Positions 26,220-35,494 of a stretch of 64,000 nt of DNA are shown here, piece after piece; within the stretch, counting starts at the first letter, position 1, and every line of letters begins with the position of its first letter. The notes beneath the pieces are model-generated. The model saw nothing but the letters and a program-made list of their open reading frames with translations. It ran no database searches and was not told the DNA's origin. This DNA comes from a virus. Taxonomy: Duplodnaviria > Heunggongvirae > Uroviricota > Caudoviricetes. The DNA lies in IMG/VR virus record IMGVR_UViG_3300038443_000660, positions 66,082 to 130,081 of that record; one strand, given 5' to 3'. The translations under genes and the position numbers were made by a program.

Positions 26220-26266
26220 ATCATCTCCAATATGGTTGTCAACTGAAAATTCAATTGTTTTTATAA

Positions 26267-26545
26267 TCAGTGCAACGAAAACACAGTTTGAAAATGTTCT
26301 GTTTTCCAAACTTGTCTTATTACATTTTTCTTTGTAAAATACAGAACTAACCAATCTCCAACATTTATTTCGTGTTCTGCGTCATCAAAATAAAATTGAA
26401 CAATTCTTTCCGAAGGCGGAAGTTTTGTTCCTCGAATTGAACCATTACAATACTTCGAAATTAAATCATGATTATCTTCCGTCAATTGCATGGCGTGAAT
26501 AGTTATATCGTTGTTTACGAATGCATGTGTCTGTGTCTGTGTCAT
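26267..26545 (-). CDS. hypothetical protein
   Basis: 92 aa ORF; (TGTGTC)3 microsatellite at the 5' end. Confidence 0.35.
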   Translation of the reverse strand: MTQTQTHAFVNNDITIHAMQLTEDNHDLISKYCNGSIRGTKLPPSERIVQFYFDDAEHEINVGDWLVLYFTKKNVIRQVWKTEHFQTVFSLH

Positions 26546-26777
26546 AGAAGCGTGTGTTTTTCTGGAATTTCGTAATATTTCATTGAATTATTATATTCCA
26601 ATATCAGCCAACGTTAAAATGGGCGTCGAACCCATGTTTCCAGTTATCCAACCGGTGTCCTATCCACCTAGACGATTTAACTCAATGCAATCTTAGATCG
26701 GCAAATCCATTTCATGCATCGTGGCGACTGAACTATTTAAACATTGCCGTGTAGAAATAGTTCAATTCTGTTGTTGT

Positions 26778-27083
26778 TTATTCACTTGACTTTATTAGGC
26801 CAACTTTTGATTGTTCTTTTTCTATTAAAGCTTGAATTTCTTCTAAACTTTCAGATACATTAAACGATGACTTATTGTTCATATAGACGGCATAAGGTAT
26901 CTTCGTCTCATGGTGGTTTACACCTTTGTTAATCGTAACAAGTGAAATATTATTTGCGATAACCAACACCGGTTCAGTAGGTTCATCATAGTTAATATAA
27001 CCGGCTATTTCTCGATACATATGCAATGTAATTGTCGTTAACATTGTTTGAAAATTTCCTTGTATCTCGCCTTTGGTATCCAC
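26778..27083 (-). CDS. hypothetical protein
   Basis: 101 aa ORF. Confidence 0.35.
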   Translation of the reverse strand: MDTKGEIQGNFQTMLTTITLHMYREIAGYINYDEPTEPVLVIANNISLVTINKGVNHHETKIPYAVYMNNKSSFNVSESLEEIQALIEKEQSKVGLIKSSE

Positions 27084-27547
27084 TCACCAATCATGGCATT
27101 TATTCTGTGTTCTTGTAATATACGTTTTTCTTCTTTTCTTATATCGTTGTGAAATATATAATGTTCGATTTTATATCGCCGTAGTGGATCGCAAGTCTGA
27201 TATGTGTTTAATCTAGTTTTTACATTACGAGTTATTCCAATTTTATAAAAATCTGGAAATGCTTCGTTACTGATTACATAAACAAAACCACTTTTACTTG
27301 TGGGGTTTTTCTTAATAGGAACTTCAACAATTTCCCTACGTTTTTCGTTTAATTTTATAAGAGATAATGCAGCAAGTTTCTTTGCGTATCTAATATTATT
27401 TGATTTTATCTTTTTAGTAGTTCTAGCGTACTGATGACCATATTCATCATAGAATGCATCTATAATATCGTGCGTCACTTCAAATGTGCCAAATTCCGGT
27501 ATAAAACCATGTTTTATTAAATTCTCAATGACAGCTTGGTCTTTCAT
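27038..27547 (-). CDS. T5orf172-domain (GIY-YIG-like) protein
   Basis: GFVYVISNEAFPDFYKIGITRNVKTRLNTYQTCDP...EWIPKAR fits the T5orf172/MUG113 pattern. Confidence 0.55.
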   Translation of the reverse strand: MKDQAVIENLIKHGFIPEFGTFEVTHDIIDAFYDEYGHQYARTTKKIKSNNIRYAKKLAALSLIKLNEKRREIVEVPIKKNPTSKSGFVYVISNEAFPDFYKIGITRNVKTRLNTYQTCDPLRRYKIEHYIFHNDIRKEEKRILQEHRINAMIGEWIPKARYKEIFKQC

Positions 27548-27568
27548 TTCGCTTTTCGTATATAAGAA

Positions 27569-27644
27569 TGGCTCTGGCCGCTGGGATCGAACCAGCCTAT
27601 ACAGGGTAACAACCTGTCGCCTCCGCCGAGTTGGCTTGACCAGA
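27569..27644 (-). tRNA. tRNA-Asn (GUU)
   Basis: Acceptor TCTGGTC/GGCCAGA, anticodon stem ACAGG/CCTGT with loop TTGTTAC, T arm GCTGG-TTCGATC-CCAGC, CCA encoded. Confidence 0.65.
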
Positions 27645-27679
27645 ATATTTCTTGATACTATTCTATTTATATCGTTCTG

Positions 27680-27925
27680 TCAATAACTTTTTTCTTTGTA
27701 TCCAGAACTTTCAAACTCAACAATCAAATCAAACCAGTTCTTAAATGGAGTTTCGTTCATTCGATTTGCAAGCTTTTCCAATTTGTATCTGGCATTGATT
27801 TTTGTGTAGATGAAATCTGGTGGAGTATAATAGAGAATGCCTTTTTCCAAAATTCTAATATACAATCTTTTCTCGAATTTTTTGACTTCGGCTGTGTAAT
27901 ACAATTCTGGAAACACTACGGTCAT
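27680..27925 (-). CDS. hypothetical protein
   Basis: 81 aa ORF. Confidence 0.35.
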   Translation of the reverse strand: MTVVFPELYYTAEVKKFEKRLYIRILEKGILYYTPPDFIYTKINARYKLEKLANRMNETPFKNWFDLIVEFESSGYKEKSY

Positions 27926-28161
27926 TTGTCTATTTCTTCATATCCATATTCAAGACCACAGGAAGTCCCCAACAGTTCATTAATATTGAATATGTTAGGC
28001 GCTTTCTGGTGATATGGTTCATCCACACCAACGGCATATTGATCGCCATTCAGGCAATCCGTGCAAATATGTTTCAACAATTCTAATCGTGCTTGATTGA
28101 CAGAATCAAACTCTTTTGTCCATCCCGGAATAGAATATTTGTGAAGAAGAATTTTACACAT
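27922..28161 (-). CDS. hypothetical protein
   Basis: 79 aa ORF. Confidence 0.35.
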   Translation of the reverse strand: MCKILLHKYSIPGWTKEFDSVNQARLELLKHICTDCLNGDQYAVGVDEPYHQKAPNIFNINELLGTSCGLEYGYEEIDK

Positions 28162-28357
28162 TTTCTAAATATTCAGAAATTTTTGTTCGCAACGCCGAGT
28201 CACAATTGGAGTCAAATCCATATCGAAGCCCTTCAATGAAGGCTTTCTTGGCGATGTCGGTTTTCAATGCTTCTCGAAAAATGCCTGACATATGTCCAAA
28301 ATTTTCTTTTGGAAAGGTTGTGTCGAACCATTCATCAAAAATTTCATCCATGTTCAT
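28154..28357 (-). CDS. hypothetical protein
   Basis: ORF-track N-terminus runs through two tRNAs; truncated to the internal Met. Confidence 0.3.
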   Translation of the reverse strand: MNMDEIFDEWFDTTFPKENFGHMSGIFREALKTDIAKKAFIEGLRYGFDSNCDSALRTKISEYLENV

Positions 28358-28365
28358 TCTTTCTT

Positions 28366-28443
28366 TGGAGATTCCGGCAGGATTCGAACCTGCAACTTCA
28401 TGATTCGTATTCATGGGCTTTATTCCAGTTAAGCTACGGAACC
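28366..28443 (-). tRNA. tRNA-Arg (ACG)
   Basis: Acceptor GGTTCCG/CGGAATC, D stem GCTT/AAGC, anticodon stem CATGA/TCATG with loop ATACGAA, T arm GCAGG-TTCGAAT-CCTGC, CCA. Confidence 0.7.
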
Positions 28444-28449
28444 AAATGG

Positions 28450-28523
28450 TGGTAGGCAATGAGAGAATCGAACTCCCGACTATTGGGTGTAGACCAAGTG
28501 TTTTCCCGCTAAACTAATCGCCC
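28450..28523 (-). tRNA. tRNA-Val (UAC)-like, C at position 33
   Basis: Acceptor GGGCGAT/ATTGCCT (G-U wobbles), T arm GGGAG-TTCGATT-CTCTC, anticodon loop TCTACAC, CCA. Confidence 0.5.
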
Positions 28524-28558
28524 ATACAATGTATTTATACTTCAAATATGACTAATTG

Positions 28559-28819
28559 TCAAACTTTATCAATCATTTCTGACAACATAATGAGAGTGCG
28601 GTTTGCGTGGTCCAATGCTTTATTGCGGCCAGTTTCGTCCACTACAACCCATTTACCTTCAATAATATTGGAGCATATGCAGTGACCAGCATTGCATGGG
28701 ACAAAACATCGAAGGCCATGAGCGGCAGGAACGACATATAATTTTCCGGTCACGCCTTGGAGACGTAACAGTTCCGCCGCCGTTTTCAGTTGGTTTTTCA
28801 AATCATCAAAAGCAGTCAT
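28559..28819 (-). CDS. hypothetical protein
   Basis: 86 aa ORF. Confidence 0.35.
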   Translation of the reverse strand: MTAFDDLKNQLKTAAELLRLQGVTGKLYVVPAAHGLRCFVPCNAGHCICSNIIEGKWVVVDETGRNKALDHANRTLIMLSEMIDKV

Positions 28820-29369
28820 ATTTTATACCGAATCAATCAATGTAAGATATAAATGCAACGAAGCAAGCTAAACCAGCAAATCCAGCCATAACTAATAGTG
28901 CAAATACCAATCCAGTTGAAATATAGCTGGCTAATACGACGCACACTGCTGTAAGAACGTAAAGCCAAATAATGCATTTCAAATTCACAGACATAATAAA
29001 ATTTCCTTTTTTATGGTGCCAACAAAGTCAAAGCCACAATAAAAATAGCCAATGAGGTATTGAAGAAATCGATGTAAGCTTTCTTGCGTTCGCCCTTCTT
29101 AAATTTTATCAAGCCTGTCGCAAAACACATGCCAGCGCTAAACGTTAGAACATATGTTGCGATAAATAGTATCGGAGTCATCATATTTGTCATCCTTTTA
29201 CAAAAGATATGAAGTTAGTGCTGCTAGAAGAAATGCCGCCGAAAATATCAAGCAAAACACGGAATCTCGTGTTTGATGTATCACATTAAAATGTATAGCC
29301 AAAGAGAAATACATTCCTGAACAAAACATCAAGGTAAAGACGGAAATTACGGTTAAAATACTTGTAAAT

Positions 29370-29756
29370 TCATTCGGTGTCAACATAAAATTCCTTCATC
29401 TTTTTCGTTTCGGCATTTTCATGGAAACGTGTTCTGCTTCGAACAAATTTCTTTGCTCCACGAACAGCCTTGGCCATGCCACGATGGCCATTGGTAAAAT
29501 CGTTGCTGATAGATGCACCAATTTGTTTATCAGCAAGTTTTGATAAATTTCCCCAACCATGTAGAGATTTATCGAGATAGCGGGTTCGTCCCACACGCTG
29601 ATAAGATTCAGTAGGATCAGTGTTTTCGATTTCATGCATAGTTGGACGGGCTTCATCCGCAATGCGTGAGGCTGGAATTGAATAGCCATTACGATACGTA
29701 TTGTGGCGCAAAGCAACCGGCTTCCGATTCTTTCGTCTATGATTGATATCAGTCAT
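29370..29756 (-). CDS. basic hypothetical protein
   Basis: 128 aa, Arg/Lys-rich. Confidence 0.35.
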   Translation of the reverse strand: MTDINHRRKNRKPVALRHNTYRNGYSIPASRIADEARPTMHEIENTDPTESYQRVGRTRYLDKSLHGWGNLSKLADKQIGASISNDFTNGHRGMAKAVRGAKKFVRSRTRFHENAETKKMKEFYVDTE

Positions 29757-29983
29757 TTCAAAGATTCCTGAATAATGTTCTTGATATAATAATCTGTCTC
29801 TATTTCGGTGTCAAATTCTTTTATTTCCACTGAACAATTGTGGAAATCAGAATAAATTATGTTCATCAGGTCATTTACAGAAATATTTTCGCTCAAATAC
29901 CCGAAATTCTCTTGGTATTGAGAATACGAACCAAGAAAAATTTCTCCATATTCTCCAATACTTATGACAAGATGACGGGTCAT
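29753..29983 (-). CDS. hypothetical protein
   Basis: Internal Met start abuts the stop of the upstream gene. Confidence 0.3.
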   Translation of the reverse strand: MTRHLVISIGEYGEIFLGSYSQYQENFGYLSENISVNDLMNIIYSDFHNCSVEIKEFDTEIETDYYIKNIIQESLK

Positions 29984-30591
29984 ACCGTCACCGTATAGTC
30001 TTCTGGTGCATAGTTCTTTAGATTGATTCGGCAATAACCAATCTTCTGGTTCCAATAAACATTCATCTTTCGATTCCGCCTATAAAGCGTGGTTCGCTTG
30101 AATTCATCTGCCGGAACACCAGAGAATGTAATTGGTTTCTTGAACTTGACTGTCGCACCTTCTGGAATAGCTGCCGCTACCAACTTCTTCTGATTGCGGC
30201 AACCGTCACGCCACTTCTTGGCGTGTTCACCACCGTATTCATCAGTGACGATTTCAGACAGAAGGCCCAGAATCTTTGCAGGGCAATCCCAATAATAGGG
30301 TCCAGCATCTTCGCTCATATCCTTCCAAAGAAACTCTCCCTTGGAACGCTTGGTGAGAACTACTGCACCATAGACGAAGGCATTTTTGTCATCGGTCTTC
30401 CAACACTTGTATGTGTCAACCCGCTCACCCTTCACGACAACACGAATTGCCGCATAGACCGTAGTTCCGACCATTCGTGTCATGAGAACGGAAGAAACAA
30501 TCTTGTCATTCTCATAATTGTAATCATCGGTAACAAACTTGGAAGGATTCGTTACCTTCTGATAAACACCATTCCAACCCATTTCGAACAC
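29980..30591 (-). CDS. hypothetical protein
   Basis: 203 aa ORF downstream of a TTGACT/TATAAT promoter-like site (~30615-30640). Confidence 0.45.
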   Translation of the reverse strand: MFEMGWNGVYQKVTNPSKFVTDDYNYENDKIVSSVLMTRMVGTTVYAAIRVVVKGERVDTYKCWKTDDKNAFVYGAVVLTKRSKGEFLWKDMSEDAGPYYWDCPAKILGLLSEIVTDEYGGEHAKKWRDGCRNQKKLVAAAIPEGATVKFKKPITFSGVPADEFKRTTLYRRNRKMNVYWNQKIGYCRINLKNYAPEDYTVTV

Positions 30592-30645
30592 CTTTCTATC
30601 AATCTCGAATCTATATTATACAAGATTGTAGAAAAGTCAAGTATG

Positions 30646-31338
30646 TTATTTTAGAGTTTCCAGAATTTTCATGACTTTCGCCGCATCAATTTTTCCTTTA
30701 TAATGTTTCATCGCCTGTCCGACAAACCAGTTATAAAGTTGTGGGTTGAGTTTCGCTTTCTCCCACTGCTTATCATTTTCATTGATGACGTTTTTCAAAA
30801 ATATTTCAATTTCTTCGTTTGAAATATCTTCAAAAACATGTCGCTTACGAGCAACATCATATTCCAAGTTCTCATTCAAAATATCCGTCAGGATATTCAA
30901 TTTCTGCTTAAATTTCAATTCTGTATCGGATAGTAGAAAAACCAAATCATGAAATTTTACAGCGTTAATCAATGCTTTTCCGTGTAGCTTGTGGTCTTTA
31001 CCATAAACAGACACTGGACCAAGATACAACTTTATCGTTTCTGATACATAATCTATTGAATTTTCAAAAATAATTTGTAAATTAGCCAAGAGAATATGAA
31101 AATCAGGATGAAATCCATCGAAAATATTTTCGATATCATCTGAAATTAATGACTCAATATCGATTCCATGCTTCTCTTTGATATGTTTTTTGGGAGAATC
31201 AACAACCCAAGAAAATTTTTTGAACCAAGCTTCGTCATTCAATTTGGTCCAAACAGAAGAATATTCTTTAGTTTCATCGTCAAATGTTCGACCGGTTATC
31301 CAATCTCTATCTGTGCTGATAATCTGAATATGCTTCAT
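30646..31338 (-). CDS. protein with C-terminal GatB/YqeY-like domain
   Basis: C-terminus LYNWFVGQAMKHYKGKIDAAKVMKILETLK resembles the YqeY/GatB C-terminal motif. Confidence 0.4.
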   Translation of the reverse strand: MKHIQIISTDRDWITGRTFDDETKEYSSVWTKLNDEAWFKKFSWVVDSPKKHIKEKHGIDIESLISDDIENIFDGFHPDFHILLANLQIIFENSIDYVSETIKLYLGPVSVYGKDHKLHGKALINAVKFHDLVFLLSDTELKFKQKLNILTDILNENLEYDVARKRHVFEDISNEEIEIFLKNVINENDKQWEKAKLNPQLYNWFVGQAMKHYKGKIDAAKVMKILETLK

Positions 31339-31541
31339 TTTTCATCTTCCGGTAATTCAAATAATCCAAAGAATTCAACTTCCACCGGGTCAATCATAAC
31401 CCAAACTTTTGGTCCTGCTTTGCGACGGACACAACCAAATGATTTATTACAGGAATTGCAATGCCAGATCGCACCAGCTTGCATATCTTCCTCTTTACAT
31501 TCAGTTTCTTCACCACAAATGCAGGACCAAATATATTTCAT
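31335..31541 (-). CDS. zinc-ribbon protein
   Basis: CICGEETEC...CNSCNKSFGC; 68 aa. Confidence 0.4.
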   Translation of the reverse strand: MKYIWSCICGEETECKEEDMQAGAIWHCNSCNKSFGCVRRKAGPKVWVMIDPVEVEFFGLFELPEDEK

Positions 31542-31544
31542 CGA

Positions 31545-32447
31545 TTACTTCAATTCATCCTTGATACCGGGCTTGTCTACATTTTTCAATGTATCATCGT
31601 TCATGTTCAGCATGAAATTGGAATCCGCACCCATAATCTTTGGCAGGATGCCATCCCACTTCTGAATCATCATGTATCGAACCAATGTAGTGGTCAACGA
31701 TTCGGTAAGAAGCTTATTGGCCTTCGCCTGTGCATCAGCTTCAAGAATGATAGATTCTGCCGTTCCTCTAGCTTCCTCAATCTTCTTTTGCGCTTCCGCC
31801 TTAGTCTGTTCGATTTCATTTTGACGCTGTTGTGTCTTTTGGGTTGCTTCAATCTTGGCATTGATAGAAGCGACAACATTATCAGGAAGCCTTAGCGTTC
31901 CTACCCAATAAACACGTTCGATAACGATACCGATTGGTGAAACCTGTTGACGGACTCGATCTTCAACGGAACGAATCAAATCTTCCTTACCCGCACCATA
32001 GACGGATTCAATCCTAAGCCTAGATGCTTCGGCCACCATCGCATCACGAACCATGTTACGGAGATAAATTGACGTGATTTCCTCAACACCACGGCGATAC
32101 TTCTGGAAAATGACCGGAACCATGTCAGGCTTGATTGAATACGAAATGCCAACATCGGCATTCACGTTCATACCTTCGACAGTTTGGAAAGTCAGAGATT
32201 CATCTTCTGTACCAGTTTCGTCAGGTTCACGAGTCCACACATAGTTCTGTGTAAACGTTGGGAAAACGTGAAGTTCCTGATTCCAGCCAACCCAATATCG
32301 TCCCGGCCCAAGGGCTTCCGCATCAACACCCTTGTCAGAACCATAAAGGTTGATACGAACGCCGACATTACCAGCCGGAACTTTTCCACATGCAGCAAGC
32401 ATGAGTGAAGCACCGATAATCGCTAAAACAGAATGCGCTTTCTTCAT
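31545..32447 (-). CDS. SPFH/Band-7 (prohibitin/HflK-like) lipoprotein
   Basis: Lipoprotein signal MKKAHSVLAIIGASLMLAACG; SPFH-type core followed by a coiled-coil Q/E/K-rich tail. Confidence 0.55.
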   Translation of the reverse strand: MKKAHSVLAIIGASLMLAACGKVPAGNVGVRINLYGSDKGVDAEALGPGRYWVGWNQELHVFPTFTQNYVWTREPDETGTEDESLTFQTVEGMNVNADVGISYSIKPDMVPVIFQKYRRGVEEITSIYLRNMVRDAMVAEASRLRIESVYGAGKEDLIRSVEDRVRQQVSPIGIVIERVYWVGTLRLPDNVVASINAKIEATQKTQQRQNEIEQTKAEAQKKIEEARGTAESIILEADAQAKANKLLTESLTTTLVRYMMIQKWDGILPKIMGADSNFMLNMNDDTLKNVDKPGIKDELK

Positions 32448-32453
32448 TGTATT

Positions 32454-32669
32454 TTACATACCCTTGATTTTGTTAATAATATACTTGCCTTCATCGGACA
32501 TATACCAAATCCTGATAAGATATCCGATTGCAACTAGTGTTGACGGAATTGAAATAAATCCGAGAATCACCAATACATTTGACGGCGCTGAAATTAGTTC
32601 GGGCGCTACCACACCAAAGCATGTGATAATTAAGAAAATTATCGTGCTTGCCACAAAAACCGTTACCAT
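32454..32669 (-). CDS. small membrane protein
   Basis: 71 aa, two TM helices. Confidence 0.35.
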   Translation of the reverse strand: MVTVFVASTIIFLIITCFGVVAPELISAPSNVLVILGFISIPSTLVAIGYLIRIWYMSDEGKYIINKIKGM

Positions 32670-32885
32670 CTAATTCGCTCCATAAAAAATTGCTATCATA
32701 ACTGCAATGAACACGCAGATTACAAAGAAACCGATAACCATTTGATTACTAGTTGAAGTTGACGTTGAGGAAATCAACCAATCATCGTCTTTCCAGTCCG
32801 AAAACAAAGGTTTCACTTCTTTTTCGGAAGGTTTCTTGGTGAGAATGTCATCAAGAAATTTGGAAAGTTTATCAAGCATACCCAT
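32670..32885 (-). CDS. small membrane protein
   Basis: 71 aa with a C-terminal TM helix. Confidence 0.35.
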   Translation of the reverse strand: MGMLDKLSKFLDDILTKKPSEKEVKPLFSDWKDDDWLISSTSTSTSNQMVIGFFVICVFIAVMIAIFYGAN

Positions 32886-33999
32886 TTTTTATCTTCTCGT
32901 CAATCCATTTTGTTCTAATTCGTTTCAATTCTTTACCTAATTCTGGTCCCGGTTCAAAACCTTGTTGAATAAGTAACAAAGAACTACCAACCGGCCACGA
33001 ATCCAGATTTGGATAATCGTTAAAAAATTTGTTCCAAGCATCTGAATTTCGCATTACACCGACAGAAGCCAGATATTGCACCCATGCTCGTTTCTCGATG
33101 TTATTCAACGTGTAATCCAGAATATGATAATTGTCGGTTCTGGAATTGTTGAGAACAAAATATTGCTTGACAAAATCTTGTTCAACAGAAGACGCTTTAT
33201 AACGAGATTTCAGTACATGTAAGACATCTTCGTTGAAGTTAAAGAGCGCTATCAACCGCAACAGATAACTTTTATTGCGAAAATCATTGTAATGAAGACA
33301 CGAATGAGGAATATCGATATATGGTCCGATAGACCTTGACATAGCCTGAATGACAGGGAAATTTCCTATTTCCAAAATTTTTGTTAGTTCTGCCCAGATG
33401 CGTTCACCAGAGATAGATTTAAGACCATCGCCAAGCTTTTCGATGATAGCCAAATTGTCTCTAAGAGTCTGGTCATAAACAATAGTTTTCATCTTACCCA
33501 AGAACCTGAAATATCTCAAAATTCTTAAATAATCTTCCCGAATGCGATCTTCTGCATTACCCACAAATTGTAGATGGCATTGCTTCAAATCTCTCTTGCC
33601 ATCAAAATAATCATAAATTTCACCAAATCGGTCCATGAACATAGCATTGATTGTGAAATCACGGCGGGAAGCGTCCAACCTCCAATCATCGGTAAATTCC
33701 ACGACCGCATGGCGACCATCGGTTTCCTTGTCGATTCGTAATGTAGTTACTTCAAACGGAATTTTATCGACAACAATCGTTACCGTACCATGCTTAAGAC
33801 CGGTAGGAATGACTTCTTTATCAAGTCTAGTGAATATCTCGACAATTTGTTCTGGCAATGCCGTAGTAGCAATGTCGATATCATGCGGCTGGATACCGGA
33901 AAGAAAATCACGCACTGCACCACCGGCAATTCTGGCCTGAAAGCCAGAATTTTCAATCGTTTGCATAATCCATTCGGCAATGGGATTCAGAGATTTCAT
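32872..33999 (-). CDS. cca: tRNA nucleotidyltransferase (CCA-adding enzyme)
   Basis: ARIAGGAVRDFL...PHDIDIAT...TLRID...RRDFTINAM are class II CCA-adding head-domain motifs. Confidence 0.75.
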   Translation of the reverse strand: MKSLNPIAEWIMQTIENSGFQARIAGGAVRDFLSGIQPHDIDIATTALPEQIVEIFTRLDKEVIPTGLKHGTVTIVVDKIPFEVTTLRIDKETDGRHAVVEFTDDWRLDASRRDFTINAMFMDRFGEIYDYFDGKRDLKQCHLQFVGNAEDRIREDYLRILRYFRFLGKMKTIVYDQTLRDNLAIIEKLGDGLKSISGERIWAELTKILEIGNFPVIQAMSRSIGPYIDIPHSCLHYNDFRNKSYLLRLIALFNFNEDVLHVLKSRYKASSVEQDFVKQYFVLNNSRTDNYHILDYTLNNIEKRAWVQYLASVGVMRNSDAWNKFFNDYPNLDSWPVGSSLLLIQQGFEPGPELGKELKRIRTKWIDEKIKNGYA

Positions 34000-34455
34000 T
34001 CAATCCGCCATTTTATCTATAAATTTCTTTAGATAATCAATACCCGAAACTTCAAGAATAATTCTCTCGCCTCTCCGACGCTTCTTTAAAATAGACAGAA
34101 TCTTATCTAAGCCATGAAAATTATTTGTAGTAAATAGACCAAATACTTTTGACACGATAACAAACTTGATTTTTTCATTAATATAGATGGTAAACGAATA
34201 CGCAGACATAAACTTTGAATATTCGAATGTTAAACTAACATTGTTTGGAAAACGATATTTTATATCGCAATTGATGTCGTTTAAATTATAGGAATAAGTC
34301 CATTGAATTGGTATCGAGGAATCCGAAATGTACTTTATGATAGCATCGACTAATGGGTCATTTTTCTCGGCCACATAACGAAATTCGTTTTCAGATGCGT
34401 AGACAAACTTTGATACAAATTCGGCGTTATTCATTGTTTGAATTTTCTTTAACAA
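34000..34455 (-). CDS. hypothetical protein, paralog A of tandem pair
   Basis: Shares DPL[VI]..I.[KR]YI...S..W.Y..NL..I.CDI.Y with the next gene. Confidence 0.45.
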   Translation of the reverse strand: MLKKIQTMNNAEFVSKFVYASENEFRYVAEKNDPLVDAIIKYISDSSIPIQWTYSYNLNDINCDIKYRFPNNVSLTFEYSKFMSAYSFTIYINEKIKFVIVSKVFGLFTTNNFHGLDKILSILKKRRRGERIILEVSGIDYLKKFIDKMAD

Positions 34456-34870
34456 ATTTGATTAGTGTGCTGATAGCCGCATTTCCAGATTTTTTCAAAA
34501 CATCATTTCTTTTGGAATGAAGAATACGCTTAATTTCAGAAAATCCATGAAATTTTGGACTTGAAATCCAACCACGAAATTTTTTTGATATTGGAAATAC
34601 GTTAATCTTATTCACAGAAATGACGAATACTTCATTCATAAGATTATAATACGATATTGTCATGGAATGATAACCAACAGCTTTATAATAAATGTCACAA
34701 TCAATTTTATCTAGATTATTGTTGTACACCCAATCGATAGATGTGCCATCCTTGGCAATATATCTTACAATAGAATTAATGAGCGGATCGTGTTCATCAT
34801 CTACCTTATACCAATAGGTATTATTACCTTTATAGGTAAATTTTGAATCTGATAATGATAACTTAATCAT
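34427..34870 (-). CDS. hypothetical protein, paralog B of tandem pair
   Basis: Same motif pattern as 34000-34455. Confidence 0.4.
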   Translation of the reverse strand: MIKLSLSDSKFTYKGNNTYWYKVDDEHDPLINSIVRYIAKDGTSIDWVYNNNLDKIDCDIYYKAVGYHSMTISYYNLMNEVFVISVNKINVFPISKKFRGWISSPKFHGFSEIKRILHSKRNDVLKKSGNAAISTLIKFVKENSNNE

Positions 34871-35187
34871 TACTTGAAACCTTCCAATGAACCACATTCT
34901 TGTTTGGCAAATTCTATTAACTTGTCAAATGTGGATGCATAAATTTTATAGGAACCTATTGGTGTATCTGGATACCATTGTAAAGACCACAACTCATTCG
35001 TTAAACAAGCTTGCGTGTAATCTGCTTCATCAATCCATTCATCGGAATGATACCTGTCACTAGAATTAAAATATTGTTCGACAGTTTCATAGGATGACAA
35101 ATGATCGTTGTGTTCTATGTAACATGAAATTTTGTGCGGTGGTAATTCTATTGGCAATTTTCTACTCTTATGATGTTGCGATACCAC
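34870..35187 (-). CDS. hypothetical protein
   Basis: 105 aa ORF. Confidence 0.35.
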   Translation of the reverse strand: MVSQHHKSRKLPIELPPHKISCYIEHNDHLSSYETVEQYFNSSDRYHSDEWIDEADYTQACLTNELWSLQWYPDTPIGSYKIYASTFDKLIEFAKQECGSLEGFK

Positions 35188-35483
35188 GACATGAATGGAA
35201 TACGAATACCGGAAACCAGTACCGAATCACATGTCAAGTCCTTGCGAATCATGCGATGAACATCAGCCGAATTGAACTTCATGAACGACCATTCATCAGT
35301 ATTTTCAAAAGTTTCATCAGTCGAATATTCAAGAAACTTACATTCATTATCAGAAGAACAGACTCGTTCTCCATCTTTGACAAATGTAACGTTCGTCAAA
35401 GTTTCCGACCACGTAATCCGGTAGGCGACATAACCGCCTACCAAAACGCCGATTGCCAGAGCGCCGATAAAAATCTTTCTCAT
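35148..35483 (-). CDS. membrane-anchored/secreted hypothetical protein
   Basis: N-term MRKIFIGALAIGVLVGGYVAY. Confidence 0.4.
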   Translation of the reverse strand: MRKIFIGALAIGVLVGGYVAYRITWSETLTNVTFVKDGERVCSSDNECKFLEYSTDETFENTDEWSFMKFNSADVHRMIRKDLTCDSVLVSGIRIPFMSWYRNIIRVENCQ

Positions 35484-35494
35484 TGATTCAAACC

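Noticed and set aside
26525-26545. (TGTGTC)3 microsatellite and other short repeats checked for CRISPR
   Set aside because: Only three units with no spacer architecture; no CRISPR array anywhere in the window.
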